Assembly (NCBI RefSeq): GCF_009914755.1
Contig: NC_060935.1
Strand: one strand, 5' to 3'
From: the human T2T-CHM13v2.0 reference genome, Homo sapiens
DNA length: 64,000 nt
In this document: piece by piece, positions 15,240-29,733 of the stretch
How positions within the stretch are numbered: the first letter of the stretch is position 1
How the letters are laid out: every line of letters starts with the position of its first letter
Translations under genes and position numbers: made by a program
Notes under the pieces: generated by a model
Databases searched by the model: none
What the model saw: the letters and a program-made list of their open reading frames with translations, nothing else
What the model was told of the DNA's origin: nothing

Positions 15240-16765
15240 GACCCCAAAACCTCAAGGCGAGATTTGAAAAGTACTAGAGCTGGGATGGAGCCCAAATATA
15301 ATCTGTCTTGAGGTTTTAAGCTCTTTTTTGATGTTCACATTCCCTGGACAAAAAGCAGGTGGTAACAGCCCAACACATTAAACAGGTAAAGAGGAAAGGA
15401 GCTATTCTAGCTGAACTCTGTAAGGGTCTGTCCTGGGTCCTGGCCCACCCCAGACTTCTGTGGACCCCCAGGGCTTTGAAACCCAGACAGAAATTCCTTT
15501 CCTCTCTCCATTCTACAGAGGAGGAAACTGAACCAAGAGAGGATAAGACCCTTTCCCAGGGTACAGGGGGGAGGGTGGATCCCTGGGGGCCCCTGGGAGC
15601 CCCTCCTCCTGGCTCCCCATCCTCAGACCTCCATTTGCATAAGTTCCACATTCCTGCTCCTCCAGGCGCCTCACTTCAGCCAGCCCACTTAATTGAAGCC
15701 AATTATTTAGCACAAGAGAACAGAGAATGCATCAGCTCATGTCTTTGTCCCCCAAACAGGGCCCTGAACAAGGAGCTCCAGCTGCCTTTGTCTCCCAGAG
15801 ATGCTTATTAGAGATCAGCTGAGCTCAGCCTGTGGGGGTGACACTGGGCATGCCAGGGGCACAATGGTGTGTCCAAGGCAATTTGTGAAGGACTTCTGGG
15901 GCAGGGGCCTGGCTGCAGGCACAGAGTTCTTGACATGGGATAGACAGCTTCTGGAAAGTCGGTAGGCCAGGGATGTAGGAGTCAGAGTGACTGGGAACCT
16001 CAGGACAGTCATTCTCCCTGGAAGCCCCAGTGTCCTGACCAGTAAGTTGTTGACAACAGTGGATACGTAGATACCTGTAGAATACTTAGCACGGTACCTG
16101 GAATGCAGTACCTGCTAATTGTTAGCTATTATTACCATATTCACTTGTGATGATTATTTGGTTATTATCATTAATGTACAGTGCTCTTAGCTGTGGGGCG
16201 AGGAAGATACTATGGGTAAAATCACAGACTTTGGCTTCGGATACAACCGGGCTGGTGTCCTGTTATTGCCGTTTATCATAAACATCACACCTCTCCTCCA
16301 GTTTGGAGGTGATTCCCTACCTCAATCCTATGAAGGAAAGGAAGTTACTGATATTGATGCAGGTAGAGGAAATCAGGGTAGTCTTTATGGAGGAAGTAGT
16401 ATCAAAACCTGGAAGGATGGGTTCAATTTTAATAGTCAGAAATAGGGGAAGGGAAAAGCAGGGGAACAGCATGCAAAAAGCACAGAGGATGAAACTGCTG
16501 GCACAATCAGAGGCTGGCACGTGGTCCCTCTGGTGAGGTGGGGATGGAGTGAAGGGAGTCATTCAAAACTAGGAGGCCCTAACAAGCCTGGGCCCCTGAA
16601 GCCTTAAGTAGAACCACCTTCAAAGAGACCTCTCCAGCTCCCTTCTTCCTCAGTGTCAGCTGTGACAGCAGCACGTCCATGGGTGCTGGGCCCACTTCTG
16701 TATCAGGACCTTAACAGCTGCCTGAAACCCTGACTTGTTGAGACAAAGCCCTCCCTTAATCTAGG

Positions 16766-16990
16766 CTGGGATTTCTCCACTGCATACTATTGACATTTTC
16801 AGCAGGACAATTCTTTGCTGTGGAGGGTCTGTCCCGTGCATTTTAGGATGTTCAGCAGCATCTTTGACCTCTACCCACCAGATGCCAGTGGCACCCTTTT
16901 TCAGCTGTGAGGACCAAAAATGTCTCTAGATATTACCAAATGTCCCTGGGGGTGGGGGCACAGGAGAATCACTCCAGTTGGGAACCACTG
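16766..16990 (+). mobile_element. MER20 (hAT-Charlie)
   Basis: actattgacatttt..ctgtcccgtgcattttaggatgttcagcagcatc..ctctacccaccagatgccagt..aaaaatgtctctagatatt..gaaccactg. Confidence 0.9.
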
Positions 16991-17691
16991 CTCTAGGGCC
17001 TCCCTCCCTGGGCCCGGGCTCAGACCTCCTGGATCCTGAACGCAGGAATAGCATCCTCATACACTCTTAGGGAGCAGCCCTCTTCCCCACTTCCAGTTGC
17101 TGCTGGGTGATGGGGCCTCCCCAGAGAACAGGCAGCAACCTTTTCTAGGGCTGACATCATCATCTGCTATGAAATAGACCATAATTGCCTAATTGTAGCG
17201 TGCCCTTCCAAGATAGATATACCTCTCTCACCCAAGCACCCACCCTTGCCCTCAGCCATAACATGCAGGGTAAACACACACCACTCTGGGACCTGGGGCA
17301 TGAATTTTGGTAATGATGATCAATCTCAGTGATTTTCCAGAAGGTTAGCAGGCCTGGGGCAGAGAGGTAACTTGGCTGTTAAACTCTGATAAATCATCCT
17401 CATCACTCCACAGGGAGAACAAAGCTTGTTTTTTCTTTGTTGTCACAGTTTTTATCATAAAGGCAGCACTATTACAGAAAGTTTAGGAAGTAGAGAAAGC
17501 AGGATCACCCATCATGCCTCTGGGACTGATTCTATTTCTGCATACTCGGCAGGGCGTAGGCCAAGTCTTCCTGTAATTACAGACAAGGGTATAGGCAATG
17601 AGGATATTTTGTTTTCTTTCCTGTTTTTATTTCAAATTCCCTATAATACCAAAAACATCTCTTTGTGTTGCTACATGAACACGATCTTCCC

Positions 17692-18030
17692 AAGAATGTG
17701 GCATTTACCCAAAGTGCAGCTCAGGCCAACAAGGGGACCCTCTTCCTGGGTGGGGCCCTTGAGGGTCCGTGGCCTGGTAAACATAAGGATGTGGTGTTTA
17801 CCCAAAAGCGGGTCTTGGAAGTGTGGTCAGGTCCTTGGGTGGACCCTGAAATCCTGCTATTTTGTAATTACAAAAATGTAGTGCTTACCAGAAGGGGTTT
17901 TCAGAGGACCAGAAGGGTGGTCAGTTCCCTTAGGGGAGCCCTTGAATTTCTGAGGTTTCAAGATTATAAGGATGTGCTATTTGGGATCACAAGGCCCTGT
18001 GGGTTCTAAATTTAAGAATGGTGCATTTTC
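17692..18030 (+). repeat. Degenerate tandem repeat, ~90-bp period
   Basis: aag(a/g)atgtgg-like starts at 17692, 17785, 17873, 17968, 18014; recurring ttacc and gtggtcag..ccct..gaa. Confidence 0.55.
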
Positions 18031-18850
18031 CTGCAGGGAGGTGGTTGGTTTCTGAGGCAAGGCCAGAAGACCCTGGGGCTGGAAAGGCCTTGGCTATCAA
18101 GTATTTCTGATCAGATACACGCCTCCTGGGGGCCTGGAGAAGGCATGTGATGTGCAGCTCACAGGGATGATGCCAAGCCCGGTGGGAGTGGCACCTGCAG
18201 GAGGCACACGCAGCCTCGTGAAGGAGGATGAGTGGTGGCTCTCCTGACCTGGGCCACGCACACAGGCTCCTGCTTCCATGGGGCTGAAGGAGTGAAGTCC
18301 AACAGGCCACTCCAGCTGTGGGTTGCTCACACACTTAGCAACAAGTCTGTATGGAACCCTACTGTGTGAGATGCTGCTCCAGACCTCAAGACCCACAGGT
18401 GAATAAATCCAACACCGACTTGCCTTAAAGACGTTACAGTCCAATGGCAACACTCGTCAAGTAATGCCATGAAGGATTGTTCCATTGGAATCCATATGAA
18501 CTAGGCAGGCAACTCATCAGGGGCTCTGATGAAGAGATGGAATGATTTAGGGGTAGTAAGGGGAGCTATATGAGCAGGCGGAATTTCAAACTGAGACCTG
18601 AAGGATGAGGAGATGAGAACCGCTGGTGCAAAGCCCAGAGGTGGGACAGGCTTGGTGTGCTGGAGAAAGGATGAAGGGACCAGCACGGCTGGAAGGAGCA
18701 AGTGAGGGGAGAGAACACGGGATTCTAGCCAAGAGGGCCACAGGGACAGGCCAAGGAGGGCCTTACAGGCCACTGGGAGCAGTTTGGACTCAGTCCCGAG
18801 AGGAACCGAAAAGAAGCAGAAGGTTTCATCTTTTAGAGAGAGGAATCTTG

Positions 18851-19179
18851 TGCCGGGCGCAGTGGCTCATGCCACCCCAGCACTTTGGGAGGCCAAAGTG
18901 CTCCCAAATAATCCCAGCATTTTGGGAGGCCGAGGCGGGTGGATCACCAGAGGTCAGGAGTTCGAGACCTGCCTGGCCAAGATGATGAAAACCTGTCTCT
19001 ACTAAAAATACAAAAAGTAGCCGGGTGTGGTGGCACACGCCTGTAATCCCAGCTACTCGGGAGGTTGAGGCAAGAGAATTGCTTGAATCTGGGAGGCAGA
19101 GGAAGTTGCAGTGAGCCGAGATTATGCTACTGTACTCCAGCCTGGGCGACAAAGCAAGATCTTGGGAAAAAAAAAAAAA
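18851..19179 (+). mobile_element. AluS with internal 35-bp templated insertion
   Basis: Dimeric Alu; extra accccagcactttgggaggccaaagtgctcccaaa near the 5' end. Confidence 0.92.
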
Positions 19180-19304
19180 GAAAAGAAAGAGAGAGACAAA
19201 GAAAGAAAGAAAGGAGGGAGGGAGGGAGGGAGGGAGGAAGGAAGGAAAGAAAGAAAGAAGGAAAGAAAGAAAGAAAGAAATGAAAGAAAGAAAGAAAGAA
19301 AGGC

Positions 19305-19343
<39 letters not shown>

Positions 19344-19375
19344 GAGAAAAGAAAGCAAGGAAGCAAGCAAGCAAG
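19180..19375 (+). repeat. GA-rich compound microsatellite (AAAG/GGGA/GGAA/GCAA) from the Alu tail
   Basis: Seen directly. Confidence 0.95.
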
Positions 19376-20024
19376 TCTCTGGCTGTGAAGAGGAAAGTGA
19401 GTGATGGGGTCAGGGGTCAATGGTGGAAAGGAGGAAGGAAGGCAGGCAACCCCTGGCTTCCTCCAAGTAAGAGAGGACAGTGGCTGGAGGAAGGATGGAG
19501 CAGTGGGCTGGGGAAGATATATCAATCCTCATTATTAGTAGGTTCCATATTTGCAAACTCACCTGCTCATCACATTTTATTTGTAACCCCAAAATCAATG
19601 CTCGTGGCACTTTCCTGGTCATTTGCAGACATGCAGACATGTCCAGGACGGTGAAAAATCTGTGAGCAACATGCACATTTCCAGATGAAGCCAAACAAGG
19701 TGACACTCTGCCTTCTTGGTTCAGTTTCGCATACTGTAAACAAGGGTTCTTTATGCTGTACAGTCACATGCCACTTAACAACAGGGATACAACGTTCTGA
19801 GAAACGTTAGGTGACTTCCTCGTTATGTGAATGCTATAGTGTGTACTTACACAAACCTAGATGGTACAGCCTACTACACACCTAGGCTATATGATATTGC
19901 CTGTTGCTCCCAGGCTGCAAACCTGTACAGCAGGTTACTGTTCTGAATACTGCAGGCAATTGGCATGCAATTGTAAGTATTTGTGTGTCTAAATATGGAA
20001 AAGGTACAGTAAAAATATGATCTA

Positions 20025-20342
<318 letters not shown>

Positions 20343-20721
20343 CTATGTAAGGCACTTACCATGAATGGAGCTTGCAGAACTGCAGGTTGCTCTGGGTGAA
20401 TCAATGAGTGAATGTGAAGACCTAGGACATTACTCTACATTACTGTAGACTTTATAAACACTTTAGGCTAGACCAAATTTATACCAAAATATTTTTCTTT
20501 CTTCAATAATAAATTAAGCTTAGCTTACTATAACATTTTTACTCTATAAACTTTTTAATTTTGTTTAGCTTTTTGACTCTTTCCTGATAACAGTTTAAAA
20601 CACAAAAACATTGAACAGCTGGGCAAAAATATTTTCTTTATGTCCACATTCTATAAGATTGTATGTATTTTTAAATTTTTTCTTTTTACTTTGTAAGTTT
20701 TTTGTCAAAAACCAAGACATG

Positions 20722-22110
<1,389 letters not shown>

Positions 22111-23533
22111 GATGAGCAAAACAACATAAGATTAAATCAGGCACAAGAGAAAATGATGCAATCAAGAGACCAAGCAAACATGAGATGCATGTGGCGGCTG
22201 CCAGCATAACACGGCATAGTTTCACAGTGAACTTTAAAAAATAAATAAATAGGAGTACACGCTAACATAAAAAGTGTAGTACAGTAAATACATAAACCAG
22301 TAACATAGTCATTTATCATCAGGTATTATGGACTGTATGTAATCGTATGTGCTGTACTTTTATAAGATTGGCAGCACAGTCAGTTTGTTTACACCAGCAT
22401 CACATGAGTAATGTGTTGCACCATGGCAACATTACAACAGCTATGGCATCATTAGGTGATAGACATATTTCAGCTTCATTATAATCTTAAGGAACCATTG
22501 GCATACATGTGGTCTGCTGTTTTCTGAAATGTCCTTCTGCAATGCATGACTGTATATTTAGTGCCCTGTTTTTCACGTCTGTGCTTTTTATTGGTAATTT
22601 AGCTGTTTAAAATGGTACTCACATGTAGTGCTGAAGTGCTGTCTAGCATTCCTTAGTGCAAGTATTCCCAAGTTCCTAAGTGTCATATGGCTTATGGAGA
22701 AAATACATGTGTTAGATAAGCTTCTTTCAGGCATGAATGATAGTGCTGTTGGCCATGATTTCAATGTTAATGAATCAACAATGTGTATTAAATAAGATGT
22801 CTTTAAGCAGAAAACACACATATAACAAGGTTAGGTATAGATAGGTTGATGAAAGTGTTGTGACCGAAAGCTCACAGGAACCTAACCCTGTATTTCCCCT
22901 AGGAGCAATGTTTCAGTATTCTCCAATTCAGTGTTTGCAGCAACTTTACAGAGGATAAGTGCTGTGAATGATGATATTAACTGTATTTTGGAGGTCAAGT
23001 CAAAAGGACTTGCCAACAAAATTAAATGTGGAGGGAGGAAGAAGAACCAAAGAGGTCCCCCACATTCTTGGCCTGCTTGCCAGGCAGTGGTGATACCCAT
23101 GCTCACCTCTCACGTTTGGGGGCCTGGGGCAAGAGTACCAGTGGAAGCCACTGGATCAAGGGCCACTCCCCTTCCCTTCCCACCATCAGGTTTGTCTCTC
23201 ATTGCAAGGGGCTCATACACATCACATCCCAGCAATATCCACACACACCACCCAGCAAACAGTCACACTTTGGCTGGCTAACCTGGGCCTAGGATTGAGC
23301 ACCAGGACAGATGTCTGGAGGCTGGACTTGGGGAAGAAGCCCAGGAAATCCCTGGAAGCTGGCATGGAGCTGATGTTCAGAGTATTCAGAACACCTGGGA
23401 TTCATTAGGCCCCTAGAGTCTGGCCTAGAAAAAGGTAGTGGGAGCTACAAATGGTGACATCCTTTTTGCTCCATGAATTCCTTACTCCACAAGAGAGATG
23501 CAGCTGGAGGGGACCAGAGAAGGACCAATTAAA

Positions 23534-23840
23534 GCTGTGCTGTCCAATATGGTAGCCAGTTGCCACAGGAGGCCATTGAGTACTTCAGACAAGGCTGTCC
23601 AATAGAAATGGGCTGTAAGTATAAGATACATACTGGATTTTGAAGACTTAGTATGTGAAAAATATGGCTCAGTAATAATTTTTACATTGATTACTTGTTG
23701 AGATAATATTTGAATATATTACATTTAAAATATTTTTAGCATTAATTTCACCTGTCTCTTTTTAATTTTTTTAAAGGGCCGCTAGAAAATCTAAAACTAC
23801 ATAAGTGACCCATGTTTTATTTCTATTTCACAGAGATGCT
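23534..23840 (-). mobile_element. MER33 (hAT-Charlie)
   Basis: ctgtgctgtccaatatggtagcca..ctggattttgaagacttagtatg..attaatttcacctgt..gctagaaaat. Confidence 0.8.
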
Positions 23841-24118
23841 CTAAAAGTGTGAATCCAAGGGCAGGGGCTTTAGTTGTGCAGCCCTAAAGTTGATAAAGGT
23901 GGCCAGTCCCAGAACTAGAGAAGAGAAGACTGGGTTGAAAACAAGAGGTACAGAGATGACTGTGGTAGTGCTGGACTCTGTGTGGTCACCAACCTGCTGA
24001 TTGCTGTCCTTCCAGATTAAACAGTTATCAAGATTTTGTTGTATTTGTGTCTTATCCAGGATTCATTGATTTGTTTGACAATAGTTAAGATTTTCCCAGA
24101 TAACACTTGGATGGGTAG

Positions 24119-24798
24119 TATGGAGGACTGCAAAAATGGCCACGCAGTCTTTCCCTCCCATCAAGAAGTAGAGTCTATTTCTGCACCCTTTGATTCTGGG
24201 ATGGCCATGCAACTTGCTTTAGCCAATGGGCATTAGTAAACAAGAGGGTGCTTGAAAAGTGCTTGTGTATTGGATCTTGCTATTTCTTGCTGCTGTTGGA
24301 GTACTGCTGCCTTGGGATGAAGCATTGATAACCCTAATTAATATCCTTCCTGTAACCACCCCCTTTGCATGTGATTTCCAAGTTTCTCCCACCAAGAGGT
24401 AGAGTTGATTCCCCCACTCCTTGAATCTGGGCTGGCTTTATAATTTTCTTGGATCAACAGAATGCAGTAGGAGTGAGTTGCACCCATTCTAAGCTTCTCT
24501 TTCTTTTGAACTCTGCCAGCTGTCATGTGAATAAGACTAAACCAGCTTGCTGAAGGATGAAAAACCATGAGGAAGAGACCCAAGTCAGCCCAATTCTCCC
24601 CGCTGAAGCCACCTCAGACCAGCCATACCCCAGCCGACCCACTGATTGCAGATTTGTGAATCAGCCCAGCAAAGATCAGCCAAGCTGAGCCCAGAACTGC
24701 CAAACTACCCAGCCAATCTGCAAACTTGTGAGCTAAATAAATGCTTTACATAATTAAGTTTGGCGTTGTTTGTTATGCAGCAAGAGCTAACCAACACA
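24119..24798 (+). mobile_element. MLT1G/H-like LTR composite (5' segment occurs twice)
   Basis: caaaaatggccac; ccca(t/c)caaga.gtagagt..ttga.tctggg twice; 3' end ttgtttgttatgcagcaagagctaaccaacaca. Confidence 0.7.
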
Positions 24799-25554
24799 GT
24801 GATACAGATACAGATAAGATTTGAACTAGGGTCTGTCAGACCTGATTCCAGAGTTGAAGATCTTAACCACAGCACTCTACCATTTACATCCAAATTTTGC
24901 TTATACCCAAAGCTTTGAGTTGAAGAAAGTGAGGGGAAGAAAGCCAGACCTAATGATGTGGGAGTCACCACTTCCCCCACTAGCAATAAGAATGGCTGTC
25001 TCATGCTGTGCCACCTTCAAAAGGCACACCATCTGAACTTTTGGTTGAAGGATTAAACATTAATAATGAGACTTCTCTGTCCTTGGAGATGACAATTACT
25101 CTTTGAGATGCCAACTTCAGTTATCTTCCTCCTTAGGGATTATTAACCTCATTTCTCTGTGTCTATTGTTAGGACCCAGGAAGGAGCTGCTTTGCCTGTT
25201 CTGCCTCGATAATTACCCATCATGAGAACTGAGCATCTCTAATGGAAGTCTTCCTAATTTCCAGCATTTATCAAGTGCTTTAGATTTTATATTTGCAAAC
25301 TTTCCCAAAAACTTCTATTCATCCAACTCATTAGATTGGCTTTTTGGATGAATTTAAAAATTACTTTGATGATATAATCACTATACTTCATTAGCAATTT
25401 TCTCCAGGATATTAGAATAGTTTATAGATAGTTATCCAGTTCACCTCACTGCATCCCTGTGAGACTGGTGGGTAGGAGTCTGGGGGAAAGAAAGAAAGCA
25501 GTTTTCTGTTTTTTGTTTTTTAATTCTGTCTTGCCAAAAGTGAAACTTACACAG

Positions 25555-26125
25555 AGAGGTTTTCTATTGCTGCATAATAAAATACCATGAATTTTGAGAC
25601 TTAACACTACACACACATTTATTCTCTCACAGTTTCTGTAAGTCAAAAGCCTGCATGTGGCTTAGTGGGGTCTGCTTTAGGGGCTCACCAGACTGTACTC
25701 CAGGTGTTAGTTAGCCACGGCTGCAGTCTCATCAGAGGCTCAACTGGGGAGAGATCTGCTTCAAGCTCATTCAGTTTGGTAACAGAATTCATCTATTTGT
25801 AGCTCTAGGACTGTGATCACCATATCCTTGCTGGCTGCCAGCTGCAGGCCACTTTCAGGTCCCAGAAGCCAGAAACATTCTTTGCCAAGTGGCCCTTTCC
25901 ATAAGCCCCCTCACCACATGGCAGCTTACTCACTTCTTCCAAGCCAACAAGAGTCATTTTCTCTTCTCTTTCTCTCTCTCTAGTATGTGATAGAGTCTTA
26001 TATACCTTTGCCATATTCTGTTCCTTAGTAGCAAGCTGAAGTTCCCATGCATTCTCAAGGGGAGGAGAGATCACAAAGGTGTGGACACCAGGAGGCAGGA
26101 TATCAGTGGGGGTTCCTTTTGTCAT
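25555..26125 (-). mobile_element. MLT1E/F-like LTR
   Basis: ttctattgctgcataataaaatacca..ctcacagtttctgta..gaggctcaactggggagagatctgcttcaagctcattcag..cacatggcagctt. Confidence 0.75.
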
Positions 26126-26575
26126 AATAAGCAAAGAGCCCAATGTCACACAGCAAGGTAGTAGTGTGGTGCTCTGGCAAGCATACCACAGCACCTTGGA
26201 CATCTGTGCTCACTGCTCATGATGGTGGCCTTCTGTATCGGGGCCCACATGCATGAACTTACTCATCCCCACTTATGTAGTCAGGCCACCTGGCACACAG
26301 CACGCTCACCAACAAGCATTTCCCAGGATCCAAAGTCTCCTGGTCTCCCTTCAGAAGTCCAGATGAAGCTATAGTGGGGTTGAAGAGTGACCCTCCCCAC
26401 CCACGTAGGCCTCATGCTGAGCCATGGTCACTGAGTCAATAGAAGCAAAACACTGAGAACAGAACTTGGCACCCAGCAAGTGCTCAGTCCCTGTTCACAT
26501 TTCTACAAGCTCCTGGAAAGGAGCTTGTAAGTCAAAGTTGGACCAGCCTGACATCAAATGCACAGGAGGTATATA

Positions 26576-26895
26576 CAGGCAGTCCTGGAGTCCCCTTGGA
26601 TGATTTGACTTAGGATTTTTTAACTCTACAATGGTGCAAAAGCTATAACAAGTTCAAAAGAACAGTGATAAATGACATGAGATGTTCAATACTTTATTAT
26701 AAAATAGGCTTTGTGTTAGATGATTTTACCCAACTGTAGGTCGATGCATGTGTTCTGAGCATGTTTAAGGCAGGCTAGGCTAAGCCATGATGCTCAATAG
26801 GTTAGTTGTATTAAGTGCATTTTCAACTTAACAATATTTTCAACTTACGATGGATTTATCAGGACACGACCCCATCACAGGTGAAGGAACATATG
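26576..26895 (-). mobile_element. MER47A (Tigger5-derived)
   Basis: ctttattataaaataggctttgtgttagatgatttt..aggcaggctaggctaagc..caacttacgatggatttatcagg; TA-flanked. Confidence 0.85.
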
Positions 26896-27334
26896 TATAG
26901 TAAAGGACTGTAACTGTGGGAGTGACTTTTCTTAAATATATTTTTATAAGGCAAAGTATCACTCCTTTATTTTTGTTTCTTTTGCATTTTCTTGTTGGGG
27001 CACTCAGGCAAGTACTCATATTATATTACTGAATTCTCACAGTGACTGTTTTAGAAAGTAAATTGTAATTTACAAAGGCTTCCCAGATAACCCATGAGGC
27101 TGAGTGCCTTGCAGAGGCCACATGGACTACAGGTGGCTGAGCATAACCCCAAATCTAATCTAGGCTCTGAAACACACAGCTGGCCTGCCTCTTCCTTTCT
27201 TCACCTTCCATCATTCAGATTTTGCCTCAGCCCATCACAGTGAATCTTGTTTGCTCAACCAGCTTCATCCATGGCCTGTTCCCTGACCTTCCTTGGTTAA
27301 CCTCAAAGAATTAGGATTCAAGCTCCCTGTCTCG

Positions 27335-27341
27335 GTTTGTA

Positions 27342-27385
<44 letters not shown>

Positions 27386-27425
27386 AGTTTGTATCTCTCT
27401 CTCTCTTTCTCTCTCTCTCTCTTTC

Positions 27426-27453
<28 letters not shown>
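27335..27453 (+). repeat. Compound (TC)n(CA)n microsatellite
   Basis: Two gtttgtatc(tc)n blocks followed by (ca)n. Confidence 0.95.
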
Positions 27454-27843
<390 letters not shown>

Positions 27844-27973
27844 CTATCTTGTTTGTTCTATCAAACAGTCTGAACCAAGTAAATGCAGTCATGACCCATT
27901 TTCTTTTTCTCTCATCACTGCCCCAGATCTGCTCTGTCTACTCTCCTCTCAAGACCTTTAATGTAATCCAGGC

Positions 27974-28150
27974 AGGTCCGACACCTTCCCAGGCACCTTG
28001 CACAGCTATAGGGCCCAGCCCAGAGCCACGCAGGTTAGAACTTCAGTGTCTACTTAAAGAATAGCCCAGCTCAGGCTTGGCTGGGGACCTGCCCCTGGAA
28101 GAGAATGCGTGGAGGATAGGAAAGTCAGCTCTTCCTCATCCTCTGCAATG
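27974..28150 (+). repeat. Donor copy of a ~175-bp segment duplicated at 29188-29660
   Basis: aggtcc.acaccttcccaggcac..caggttagaacttca..aaagaatagcccagct..ggggacctgcccc.ggaagagaat..ggaggataggaaag.cagctcttcc in both. Confidence 0.92.
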
Positions 28151-29112
28151 CCCTAGTGGAGCCACCATATTTAGCTCAGTGGAAGGACCACCCGTGGAAG
28201 GGGATGGAACAGCCATATCACACCCCCGACCCCTGGGCTGATGACGTTCCTCAGAAGAATTCCTCCTGCTTCCCAAGGCTTTGGTTCACATGAGCTTGAT
28301 GGTGTCTGTATTTGTGTGTGTGATGTGGGTGGGGGCTGTTTCACCTGCTCTTAGTAAGTCTGTGGCCCTCTCTTCTCAGTGGGAGACCATCCAGCATCCC
28401 CTGTTTTCAGCTTGGTCCTTTGGGCAGCAATTCCAAGGCCACAGAGAAGCCTCAATCCACAGCCTGTACCCATCCCTGGATGCTCTGCTTTACCCAGCTC
28501 TCAGCCCCAAAGGAGCAAATCCAGCTTTTTTCTCACAATGTAGGCACTAAACTCAGCGCTGATTACATCTTTCCTTGGAGGAAGCTTGTCTTGCTGTGCA
28601 GGAGGCAATTTGCTGCAGGCAAGATAGCAGTGTCCTGCTGCTTGCCTGAAACTGGCCATTTCCAAAAGAAATCCATGGTGGTCCCGGGTGAGGGCGGAGG
28701 TGAGAAGAGTCAAGTGGAACAGTAGAGCCTGGGGCTGGCAGCTTTGATCTACGAGGCTGGTGGGTGTTGGAGGTCCAGTGCTGTGCCTGGAAAATCCAGC
28801 TCCTGGATGGCCCCCACCCTGCCATGGACCTTCTGGACAGTGTGGTTTTTAAAGCCACCATTTTTTTCCCTCTTAACAAGAGTTGGGCTTGCCAGGTACC
28901 CTGACATGTAGCATTTCTTTGAGTCTTGCTGACAGCTCTGCAAGGCAGAAGTCACCTCTCTCATTTTACAGAAAAGGAGACAGAAGCTCAGAGTAACTTT
29001 CCCAAAGGCAAACAGAGCAGGTGGTAATGATGAAGCACAGCTGCAGGTATTGTGTACTGCTCAGCAACCTGGAGTTGTGCAGTGCCGAGCTTGAACAACC
29101 ATATGTGGTGGT

Positions 29113-29733
29113 CCCGGAAGCATTTTGCACACTTTGTCTTACTGTTCCTTACAGGAGCCCTATGTGGGCAGTGCTACCCATCCCGATAGGTCCAACACCT
29201 TCCCAGGCACCTTTGCACATCTACAGGACCCAGCCCAGAGCCATGCAGGTTAGAACTTCAATGTCTACATAAAGAATAGCCCAGGGCCCAGGCGCAGTGG
29301 CTCACGCCTGTAATCTCAGCACTTTGGGAGGCCGAGATGGGTGGATCACCTGAGGTCGGAGTTCGAGACCAGCCTGACTAACATGGAGAAACCCCATCTC
29401 TACTATAAATACCAAATTAGCCGGGCACGGTGGTGCATGCCCGTAATCCCAGCTACTCAGGAGGCTGAGGCAGGAGAATCATTTGAACCCAAGAGGCGGA
29501 GGTCATGGTGAGCACCACTGCACTCCAGCCTGGGCAACAAGAGCGAAACTCCATCTCAGAAACAAAACAGAATAGCCCAGCTAGTGCTTGGCAGGGGACC
29601 TGCCCCAGGAAGAGAATTGGGGGAGGATAGGAAAGCCAGCTCTTCCCTGTCCTATGCTATCCATCCTAATAGCACTGCCCACATAGGGCTATTGTAAGGA
29701 ACAGTGAGACAAAGTGGGTAAAATGCTTCCAGG
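29113..29733. repeat. 64-bp inverted repeat arms (29113-29176 / 29670-29733) around the duplicated segment and AluSp
   Basis: Arms align at 58/64 by eye. Confidence 0.9.
29285..29568 (+). mobile_element. AluSp
   Basis: gaggtcggagttcgagaccagcctgactaacatggagaaa; 12-bp TSD agaatagcccag. Confidence 0.93.

Noticed and set aside
18826-19654. Several 100-180 aa ORFs
   Set aside because: Alu plus (GAAA)n read-through.
29113-29733. Novel TIR element carrying captured DNA (Pack-MULE-like)
   Set aside because: No TSD outside the arms, the arms are MIR-derived, and the cargo comes from ~1.2 kb away; local template switching explains it better.
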